From: Clostridia bacterium
GTDB lineage: Bacteria > Bacillota > Clostridia > UMGS1883
NCBI GenBank assembly: GCA_051866635.1
Contig: JBJDXJ010000022.1
Coordinates: 1-51,816 of the forward strand
Direction of reading: 5' to 3'
DNA length: 51,816 nt
Positions 18,450 through 27,500 of the stretch are shown here, piece by piece. A program made the translations under genes and the position numbers. The notes beneath the pieces are model-generated. The model was given only the letters and a program-made list of their open reading frames with translations. It ran no database searches and was not told the origin of the DNA. Numbering within the stretch: position 1 is the stretch's first letter; each line of letters begins with the position of its first letter.

Positions 18450-20428
18450 ATTGCATCCACCTCCGCGATAATCTGTCTGTTAGAGAAGCCCTGGAGGTCC
18501 ATTGCACCGGAAGGACAAGCAACTGTACAAGCACCGCAACCCTGACAAAGAGCACTGTTAACCTGTGCAAGTCGACGGTCTTCACGGATACCGTGGTCGT
18601 TAACCTGTTTAACTTCGTATGTGATGGCACCATAGGGACATACGTTAGCACATGTGGAGCAACCGTTACAAAGAAGCTCGTCAGCCTTTGCAGTACAGGG
18701 GTTAGTTGTGAGCTTATCCTTTGCAAGTAAGCCGATAGCCTTTACTGCCGCCGCACCTGCCTGTGCTACTGTTTCGGGAATATCTTTGGGTCCCTGGCAT
18801 ACACCGGAGAGGAAAATACCGGCGGTGGGGGACTCAACGGGACGAAGCTTTGCATGGGATTCTGTAAGGAAGTTATTTGTGTCAATACTTGCAGTAAGCA
18901 TTGTTGCAATCTTTCTTACGGAAGCAGAAGGTTCAATTGCTGTTGCAAGAACAACCATGTCAGCTTCTATTTTAATCTGTTTGTTGTCAAGAAGGTCACT
19001 TGCCTGAACTAAAAGTTTACCGTCGGGCTGGGGAGCAACCTTGCCAACCTGTCCTTTAATATAGTTTACATCGTATTCTTCAACTGCTCTGCGGTAGAAT
19101 TCATCAAAGTTCTTACCGGGAGTACGAACGTCAATATAGAATACAGTAACCTTAACATCGGGATATTTGTCACGGATGAGCATTGCGTGCTTAGCTGTAT
19201 ACATACAGCAAATCTTGGAGCAGTAGCTCTTACCGCGGTTATCGTTACAACGGGAACCTACGCACTGTACAAATACAATATGCTCGGGGTGCTTTCCGTC
19301 ACTAAGTCGTTCAAGATGACCCTTTGTAGGACCTGCCGCATTCATAACTCTTTCAAGTTCAAGAGATGTGATAACGTCAGGGGACTGGTTGTATGCATAT
19401 TCGTCATAATTGTCAAGGCTTATTGTGTCAAAGCCTGTTGCAACAACGATTGCACCGTACTTTTCTGTTACAATTTCATCCTGCTGATCGTAGTTGATTG
19501 CACCTGCCTGACAAACCTTGGAGCAAAGTCCGCATTTGCCTGTCTGGAATTTGATACAAGCATCTCTGTCAATTACAGGAACATTTGGGATAGCCTGAGC
19601 AAAGGGCGTGTAGATAGCACTTCTTGTGTTAAGTCCACGGTTAAACTCGGAAGGAGTCTTCTTTGAAGGACACTTTTCCTGACAAGCACCGCAACCTGTA
19701 CACTTATCCATATCAACGCTTCTTGCCTTTTTACGGATATCCACTGTAAAGTCACCTACGAAGCCTGTTACCTTTTCAACTTCGCTGTAGGTGTAAATAG
19801 TAATCTTTTCATGAGCTGCCGCTTCAACCATCTTAGGTGTAAGAATACAAGCAGAACAGTCAAGAGTGGGGAATGTTTTATCAAGCTGGCTCATTCTGCC
19901 GCCGATTGAAGGAGTAGTTTCCACAATGTCAACTTCGTATCCTGCATCTGCAATATCGATAGCTGTCTGTATACCTGCGATACCACCGCCGATAACAAGT
20001 GCACGCTTAGTAACACGGCTTTCACCGGGGAAAAGAGGAGCGTTAAGATTAACCTTTGCAACAGCCGCACGGGCAAGAATAACAGCCTTTTCTGTTGCTT
20101 CCTCCACGTTCTTATGAATCCAGGAACAATGTTCACGAATGTTTGCAATTTCAACCATGTAAGGGTTAATGCCTGCTCTTTCAGCCGCTTTTCTGAAAGT
20201 ATTCTCGTGCATACGAGGTGAACATGAACAAACTACAATGCCTGTAAGGTTCTTTTCCTTAACTGCTTCCAAAATCTTAGCCTGACCTGCTTCGGAACAC
20301 ATATACTGATAATCTTCAGCATGCACAACGCCCATCTCATGGCTTATTACTTCAACTACTTTTTTTACGTCAACCGTAGCGGCAATGTTACTGCCACAGT
20401 GGCAAACGAAAACACCAATTCTCTGCAT
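18440..20428 (-). CDS. hdrA: Heterodisulfide reductase subunit A (flavin-based electron bifurcation subunit)
   Basis: RIGVFVCHCGSNIA, NIREHCSW, GGGIAG, DKTFPTLDCSAC, inserted ferredoxin domain, QCVGSR...CSKICCMYTAKHA, C-terminal 2x[4Fe-4S]. Confidence 0.96.
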   Translation of the reverse strand: MQRIGVFVCHCGSNIAATVDVKKVVEVISHEMGVVHAEDYQYMCSEAGQAKILEAVKEKNLTGIVVCSCSPRMHENTFRKAAERAGINPYMVEIANIREHCSWIHKNVEEATEKAVILARAAVAKVNLNAPLFPGESRVTKRALVIGGGIAGIQTAIDIADAGYEVDIVETTPSIGGRMSQLDKTFPTLDCSACILTPKMVEAAAHEKITIYTYSEVEKVTGFVGDFTVDIRKKARSVDMDKCTGCGACQEKCPSKKTPSEFNRGLNTRSAIYTPFAQAIPNVPVIDRDACIKFQTGKCGLCSKVCQAGAINYDQQDEIVTEKYGAIVVATGFDTISLDNYDEYAYNQSPDVITSLELERVMNAAGPTKGHLERLSDGKHPEHIVFVQCVGSRCNDNRGKSYCSKICCMYTAKHAMLIRDKYPDVKVTVFYIDVRTPGKNFDEFYRRAVEEYDVNYIKGQVGKVAPQPDGKLLVQASDLLDNKQIKIEADMVVLATAIEPSASVRKIATMLTASIDTNNFLTESHAKLRPVESPTAGIFLSGVCQGPKDIPETVAQAGAAAVKAIGLLAKDKLTTNPCTAKADELLCNGCSTCANVCPYGAITYEVKQVNDHGIREDRRLAQVNSALCQGCGACTVACPSGAMDLQGFSNRQIIAEVDAICR

Positions 20429-20433
20429 TCAAA

Positions 20434-20823
20434 TCACCTCCTATATCTTCTGAATGCGCTTACGAGAAGCTGCTGTGGAAGGTCTTCGTCAAGAAGCTCG
20501 GGAATTTCGTCAGCCTTTAAATAATCGCCGCCTTTTTCACGAACTACTATCTGCCTTGCCGCATCAATAAGTTTGCCGGGCATAACGCTTCTGGGGCAAC
20601 GCTCAATACATGCAAAACAGGAAAGACACTTCCAGAGAGATTTGGAATTTGAAAGTGCCTCAATATCGTCGTTTATAACATATGAAACAAACTGGTGAGG
20701 CTTAATATCCATTTCATCAAAAGCGGGACAAGTTGCAGAGCACTTACCGCACTTCATACATTTGAGAGGATTAACGCCGCTGATTTCTTTAATTCTTTCA
20801 GCCTGATTTGTATTGTGACTCAT
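20434..20823 (-). CDS. hdrC: Heterodisulfide reductase subunit C
   Basis: CMKCGKCSATCP and LWKCLSCFACIERCPR, located between hdrB and hdrA. Confidence 0.88.
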   Translation of the reverse strand: MSHNTNQAERIKEISGVNPLKCMKCGKCSATCPAFDEMDIKPHQFVSYVINDDIEALSNSKSLWKCLSCFACIERCPRSVMPGKLIDAARQIVVREKGGDYLKADEIPELLDEDLPQQLLVSAFRRYRR

Positions 20824-21614
20824 TATTCAGCAGCCTCCTTTAATCCTAAAGCTTCAGCGAGAAGTTCTGTGAAATAGTAAACAGGAACACCGCCAACGCT
20901 GTTTTTATTTAAATTATACATACAAAGGGGGCATGCTGTAATAAGCATATCTGCACCGAAGCCCTTTGCACTTTCAACGATTGTATCGCACATATTTTTA
21001 GCCATATCCTTTTCCTTAAGTGAGATATAGCCGCCGCAACATTCATTACGGTAGGGATAAACAACCGGTGTTGCACCTATTGCACGGATAAAATCTTCAA
21101 TAATAGTGGGGTTTTCGGGATTGTCAAATGCGAGAATGTCGCCGGGGCGGAGAAGAAGACAACCGTAGTATGCACCAATCTTCTTGCCTGTCAAGGGGTT
21201 TGTAACCTTTTCCTTTAATTTGTCAAAACCAACCTTGTCACGGAGAACTTCTAAGAAATGGAGCACATTTGTTTCACCTTTGTATGGTGTTTCAAGCTGC
21301 ATATAGTTGTTAGCTCTCGTTTGTATGTCAGCTACGTTTTTCATATCGTCGTTAACACGCTTGATAACATGGTGACAAGCCGAGCAAAGGGTAACCAAAT
21401 CCTGCCCCTTTTCTTTTGCACTGTTTAATGCACGGACCGAGGAAAGTTTAGTTGCAATTTCGTCACTGCCCAAAGGGTAAACGCCGCCGCAACACTGCCA
21501 ATCTTCGATTTCGTCCAATTCAAAACCTAAAGCTATGGCAGACTTTCTTGCATATTCGTCCAAGTCTTTAGCCTTGGTTCTGAGAGTACAACCGGGATAG
21601 TAACTGTACTTCAT
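20823..21614 (-). CDS. hdrB: Heterodisulfide reductase subunit B (two CCG domains)
   Basis: YYPGC-x31-CCG..CSAC and YYGC-x39-CCG..CPLC. Start set at MKYSYYPG after AAAGGA. Confidence 0.92.
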   Translation of the reverse strand: MKYSYYPGCTLRTKAKDLDEYARKSAIALGFELDEIEDWQCCGGVYPLGSDEIATKLSSVRALNSAKEKGQDLVTLCSACHHVIKRVNDDMKNVADIQTRANNYMQLETPYKGETNVLHFLEVLRDKVGFDKLKEKVTNPLTGKKIGAYYGCLLLRPGDILAFDNPENPTIIEDFIRAIGATPVVYPYRNECCGGYISLKEKDMAKNMCDTIVESAKGFGADMLITACPLCMYNLNKNSVGGVPVYYFTELLAEALGLKEAAE

Positions 21615-21667
21615 GGTGTCTGTATCCTTTCTGAGTAGATTTTTTGTGATATACAATATTGTAAAAA

Positions 21668-22618
21668 TTACAATTCAATATTTGCAATGATATCTTTAAG
21701 AGTCTTTGCACTTGCCTGAAGCTGTGCAACTTCTTCATCTGTAAGGTGCATGGGAAGCTTACCCTGAATACCGTTGGGGCCAACAAGTGTAAGTGTGGAA
21801 AGACATACATCGTCAATGCCGTATTCACCGTGCATCATGGAAGATACTGTTGCAACAGAGTCGCTTGCAGCTGTAACTGTGGAGCAAAGCTTTACAACGG
21901 AAGCGGATACTGCGTAGAATGTAGCACCCTTGTTAGCAATAATCTTACCGCCGGACTTCTGAACGTATTCAAGCATAGCATCCTTATCAAGAGGCTTGTA
22001 ATTCTTGCCGAGAGCTTTTGTACATTCGTAATAATCTTCAATCTTGATGCCTGCAACGTCTGCACAAGACCAGGGAATAAAGCTGCTGTCACCGTGTTCA
22101 CCGAAAACATAAGCGTGAACATTCTTCTGAGCTACATGCAAAAGCTCGGATATGCCTGTCTTAAGACGAGCTGTGTCAAGAATTGTACCGGAACCGATAA
22201 CCTGGTTTTCGGGAAGACCGGAAATCTTTGTGAACACATATGTCATAATATCAACAGGATTACTTACAATAATGTAAAGGGCATTGGGAGCATACTTTAC
22301 AATTTCGGGAGTAATACTCTTTAAAATGTTTACATTTGTCTGTGTAAGTTCAAGTCTTGTCTGACCGGGCTTACGTGCCATACCGGAGGTGATAATTACG
22401 ATGTCAGAACCTTCAGCGTCCTTGTATTCGCCTGCAACGATTTTAATGGGGTTTCTAAAGCAAGTGCCCTGAAGAATGTCAAGTACTTCGCCCTCAACCT
22501 TTTGCTTGTTAATGTCAATGAGAACGATTTCACTTGCCATGTCCTCTTCGTGAGAAAGCGTATAAGCTATTGTTGCACCTACACTGCCCGCACCGATGAT
22601 AGTAATTTTACTGCTCAT
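21668..22618 (-). CDS. mdh: LDH-like NAD-dependent malate dehydrogenase (probable; LDH/MDH superfamily)
   Basis: GAGSVG Rossmann motif, GMARKPGQTRLEL loop with Arg at the specificity position, SNPVD, LDTAR, GEHGDS. Confidence 0.7.
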   Translation of the reverse strand: MSSKITIIGAGSVGATIAYTLSHEEDMASEIVLIDINKQKVEGEVLDILQGTCFRNPIKIVAGEYKDAEGSDIVIITSGMARKPGQTRLELTQTNVNILKSITPEIVKYAPNALYIIVSNPVDIMTYVFTKISGLPENQVIGSGTILDTARLKTGISELLHVAQKNVHAYVFGEHGDSSFIPWSCADVAGIKIEDYYECTKALGKNYKPLDKDAMLEYVQKSGGKIIANKGATFYAVSASVVKLCSTVTAASDSVATVSSMMHGEYGIDDVCLSTLTLVGPNGIQGKLPMHLTDEEVAQLQASAKTLKDIIANIEL

Positions 22619-22694
22619 AATAAAATCTCCTTTTTATAAAATAATTTTAATTTATTACGGACTTTACAGTATACCTCACGATACACCACATTAG

Positions 22695-22723
22695 ATTGTA
22701 GCATAAATTAGTGGTTCTAACAA
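22695..22723 (-). promoter_or_regulatory. Putative sigma-A promoter of the mdh-hdr-flx-frd-fum operon
   Basis: TTGTTA-17 nt-TACAAT with TG extended -10 on the minus strand. Confidence 0.55.
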
Positions 22724-22857
22724 GTGCTTTTTGAAAAAAACTAAAAATATTATGTAAAAAAATTTCATTTGGTTGTAATAGGAAGTTTTTTAAAATTTTT
22801 TGTAACCAATATAGAAAAAATGCTATCAAATTTGGCATCTTTTTGTGGTTTTTTACA

Positions 22858-22886
22858 TTGAAATTCAAAAGTAAAAGTGATATAAT
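22858..22886 (+). promoter_or_regulatory. Putative sigma-A promoter of purF
   Basis: TTGAAA-17 nt-TATAAT with TG. Confidence 0.65.
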
Positions 22887-22943
22887 TAAAAGGTGTTATT
22901 TATTTTGACACGTTTTTTACGAACTTTAGGGAGAGGGATACAA

Positions 22944-24359
22944 ATGGGCGGTTTTTTCGGCGTAGCAAGTAAGGACGATTGTGTTTTTGACTTATTTTTC
23001 GGCGTGGACTACCACAGTCACTTAGGTTCACGTAGAGGCGGTATGGCTGTTTACGATAAGGAAAGCGGATTTTCAAGAGCTATTCATAAGATTGACAACG
23101 CACCTTTCAGAACAAAATTTGAAAATGAAGCTAACACAATGCACGGTAATATGGGCGTTGCAAGCATTTCTGATTTTGAACCTCAGCCCATATTGGTAAG
23201 AAGCAACAACGGCACCTTTGCCATAACAACTGTTGGCAGAGTGAACAACATTGACTGCATAGTGGAAAATCTGCTTCAGAAGCATACACAATTTTATGAG
23301 ATGCAGACAGGCGGTATCAACCAGACTGAATTGATTGCGGCACTTATAAATCAGAAGGACAATCTTATTGAAGGTATTCAGTACGCACAAGAGGTTGTGG
23401 AAGGTTCTATCAGCATACTTCTTTTAACAGAAAAGGGTGTTTATGCGGCACGTGATAAATACGGCAGAACACCTGTTGTTATCGGTGAAAAGGACAACGG
23501 CTACTGTGTTTGCATGGAATGTTATGCACATAATAAACTTGGCTACCACGATTATAAAGAGCTGGGACCGGGCGAAATTGTTGTTATTGAGCCCGATAAG
23601 GTTACAACACTTGTTGACCCGGGAAAGAAAATGAAAATCTGCACATTTTTCTGGGTATATTACGGTTATCCGTCATCCTCCTACGAAGGTATGAGCGTTG
23701 AACAGATGCGTTATAACTGCGGTAAGTGCCTTGCAGACAGAGATAATAACAGTGTTGACGTTGACATTGTTGCAGGTGTGCCTGATTCAGGGTTAGCAAC
23801 TGCCATCGGTTACTCTAATGCTTCCGACAAGCCCTTTGCGAGACCTTTTATAAAATATACACCGGCGTGGTCCCGTTCATTTACACCTACAATACAGTCT
23901 AAACGCAGGCAGATTGCAAAAATGAAACTTATCCCAATACGTACACTTATAGAGGATAAAAAACTTCTTTTGGTTGACGATTCAATAGTTCGAGGTACAC
24001 AGCTTGGTGAAACTACAGATTTCCTTTACGAATGTGGTGCAAAAGAGGTTCATATAAGGTCTGCATGCCCTCCTGTAATGTACGGCTGTAAGTATTTGAA
24101 CTTTTCCACATCAACTTCCGAATTGGAGCTTATAACAAGAAGAACAATTGCGAAATTAGAAGGTGTTGAAGACCCCGATATAGAAACTATTAATAAATAT
24201 GTTGACCCCGAAAGCGAAAATTACAAAAAAATGGTAGAAGGTATTCGTGAACAGTTACATTTTACATCTTTGGAGTATTTAAGACTTGACGATATGCTCA
24301 AATCCACAGGTGTGGATAAAGATAAACTTTGCACCTATTGTTGGGACGGCAGAGAATAA
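22944..24359 (+). CDS. purF: Amidophosphoribosyltransferase family protein (N-terminus MGGFFG, no Cys1)
   Basis: AARDKYGRTP, VPDSG, PRPP motif LLVDDSIVRGT, CTF/CKY/CTYC Fe-S cysteines. Confidence 0.88.
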   Translation: MGGFFGVASKDDCVFDLFFGVDYHSHLGSRRGGMAVYDKESGFSRAIHKIDNAPFRTKFENEANTMHGNMGVASISDFEPQPILVRSNNGTFAITTVGRVNNIDCIVENLLQKHTQFYEMQTGGINQTELIAALINQKDNLIEGIQYAQEVVEGSISILLLTEKGVYAARDKYGRTPVVIGEKDNGYCVCMECYAHNKLGYHDYKELGPGEIVVIEPDKVTTLVDPGKKMKICTFFWVYYGYPSSSYEGMSVEQMRYNCGKCLADRDNNSVDVDIVAGVPDSGLATAIGYSNASDKPFARPFIKYTPAWSRSFTPTIQSKRRQIAKMKLIPIRTLIEDKKLLLVDDSIVRGTQLGETTDFLYECGAKEVHIRSACPPVMYGCKYLNFSTSTSELELITRRTIAKLEGVEDPDIETINKYVDPESENYKKMVEGIREQLHFTSLEYLRLDDMLKSTGVDKDKLCTYCWDGRE

Positions 24360-24374
24360 GTGATTATAAAATTG

Positions 24375-24411
24375 AAAGCACAGATTCCTCACTTGGGATT
24401 TGTGCTTTTTT
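24375..24411 (+). terminator. Intrinsic terminator after purF
   Basis: AAAGCACAGATTCC-TCACTT-GGGATTTGTGCTTTTTT. Confidence 0.8.
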
Positions 24412-24525
24412 GTATTAAATATTTAAAAACATCTAACAAAACGGGACATTTATAGTGCGTTTTAACCTTGAAAAAGGCTAAATATCAATTATAATGTAGT
24501 GTGAGAACTTTGTTGGAGGGATAAT

Positions 24526-27500
24526 ATGATGAAAAGAATACTATCATTTTTATTGGCTTTTGCAATGATTATAAGTGCTTTTCCAAGTAGTATAAATGTT
24601 TTGGCAAAAGAAACAGTTTCTAATCTGAGTTTGATAAATTATGGCAGTAGCGGAAATAGCTCAGGCACGGGTATACTTGTGGCAACAGGGGTGTACCCGG
24701 GCAGTAGCGGAACAAGCGACAAAGCACCTTACATAGCAGATGATACAGGTTCGTTTATGACAAACCTCGGTTCTACACGTATAGGCGTTATGGCGTTTTC
24801 GACCGAGGGCGTAAGTGCCGATACGGTTAAAACTGCCACCCTTAATGTGTATGTAAATTTTGTAAACGGAAATATCGGCACAGGCTGGCTGAGATTTGCC
24901 GCTTATGAAACAGATAACCCTTCTCTTACATATTCTGTGGGCGGTATGAATCAGGCTTTGTTCCCTGCAAAAAACAATGATTATTCATACAATGCGGCAA
25001 TGTGGTCAAATGAAAGGTTCACAAACAAAGGTACAGAGGGACAAACTGCAGGGTGGGCAACAATTGATGTGACAAGGGCTGTTAAAAATGCGGTGCTTGA
25101 CGGAAAAAACTATGTTGTACTTCGTTTTCAGGTGCCCACGGCTGGTATAAATCTTTCAACCGAAGGGGATTATGCTCCTTTCATTGAGCTTGTTTCGGGG
25201 GATAAGGTACCGGTTACGATAAACTGCGTTGACGAAAATGACAACGTTATAAAAACAACAACGGAATATATTTTAGAGGGTACAAATTATAAAGCCACTG
25301 CCGATACATATTTAACACTCGGCAATGTTGTTTACACACTTGACGGTGAATCAGAGCAGGAAATTACAGTCAGCGAGGAAGGTAACACGGTAGTATTTAA
25401 CTACACAAGCTCTTTGAGCAATGTGATGGCAAAATACGAATTTGAAGATTCAAGCTTTGCCTTGGGAGATACAGTTACAGACTCATCGGGCAACGGATAT
25501 GACGGATCAGTTGCAGTGGGAGATTTGAGCATAACGGACGGCGTGTACGGAAATGGGATTAATTTAAACAGCAACGGTTACATTGAACTGCCGAGTAATT
25601 TAATTACCGCTTTGAAAGAACTTGACGGCTTTACAGTAAGTGCTTTGGTTAAGAAAAATGCTTTGCAGCATCAGTTTTTGTTTTCAGCATCTGCTGCACA
25701 TTTAACTTCAGGCTCTGTAAGCCTTGGCATTATTGACGCCTATAATTACCGTTATGAAGCAAACGGCGACAGTATTACAACAGGCAAACGAACAGAAACA
25801 GACAGTGAATACGCCTATCTTACAGCCTCTTTGGATTTTGCAAACGGAACGGGCACGCTATATATTGACGGTGTTCAGGTCGGCAGCGGAAGCATTTCAA
25901 AAACCCTTACCGATGTAGGGGCAACTGTGATGGGCATTGGCGTTTCGCCTTATAATGATGGGTACTATAACGGATATATAGACCAATTTGAAATTTATAA
26001 CAAAGTGCTTTCATCAAGCGAGGTTTCAAAAGTTGCAGGATTGATGACAATAACGCCTGTATATACAGATAGTGAAAATAATCGTTCTTACCGTGGCGAA
26101 AGTATTACGGCAAGAATTGGCGAAAGCGTAACTTTTGAAAAGAGCGTTAAAGACAATACTACGTTTTATAATTTTGACGCAATAAACGAAGGCGACCTTA
26201 CAACTACAGTTGTATATGCCGAGGGGCTTTCTTATGATTATATAATTTCAAGTACAAGCGACAAAAATGCCGCATACAAATTGGTAGACAGTGTTACTAT
26301 AGGCGGTGAATGTTCCGAATATGATATAACTCTTCCCGACACTGTGGAGGGCTATGAAGAAAGCCAAATAACTTGGAGCTATGACAGCGATTACGTAACT
26401 GTAGCAGGCAAAAAGGCAACCTTTGAAAAAAAGGACTATACATATACCGTAACATTCACAGCAACTATTGAATACCAGGGGGAAAGCTGCACAAAAGACT
26501 TTAAAGTTTTGGTTCACGCCGAGGACTGCACACCCACTTCAGGCACACGGGCATTCGATATAAACGGATTGGGCTACACCGTGGCAGATGGGGAAAACTT
26601 AATTGATATTGATTTATTTGACTACACCTGTAACAGTTATACAGGCTGGACGAGCGGTGGTGCGGCTCTTACGGATAATTTTAGCATTGCAGAGGGCTAC
26701 AATGACTGCGGCAGTATAAAGGCGGCATCTTTGCCGGGAAGTACGGCGGCAGGCAGTATTAACCCCTACATTCCCCTGCCTGAGCATACGGGTGAGGAAG
26801 CATTTATTATTTCCTTTGCAATAAAGGGCGAGTCAAATTCATCTATTGAGTGGTCAAACGCATTTTTGTGCGATGAAGGAAAAAACAACACAGGCTTTGT
26901 ATGTGGGACATACGACGGCACAAACTATCGCTACGGAATAAATGCATCGCAAAACTGGAGTGTAAACCGCTTTGCCTTTACACCGGGCAAAGACGATAAA
27001 TATATCCGCCTTTGTATAGGTTGGACAAGTAATATTGCCATTGACAATATTTCAATTGTTAAAGCCGAAAAGCATATGATTGAAGTAAGCGAGAGGTATG
27101 TTGACAACCTTACCGTGTATGATGAACAAACAGTTTTAGGCGAGGGCGAATATAGCGTAACGCTTCAATACGGTGAAAAATACATATCAGAACAAGTGCC
27201 TGAAAGCATTGAAGTTGACGGAGTAAATTATATTCTTGTGTCAAATAACAGCGAAAAAACTGTTAAATCAGACACAAACGAATTAACGTTTGATTACCGT
27301 TATATTGATGAAAAGGATAAATTTTTGCATCCCGGCATTTTAAATACCGATGCAGATTTGACAAGAATTGCAGAGGCTATTGCAAATGAAGAAGAGCCAT
27401 ATTATAGTGCATATCAGGCTTTTACGGAGAACACTTATACAAACATAGGCACTGCAAGAGCAGTAGGGTCCGTAAACCGTGGTGGCACGGGTGACAACTG

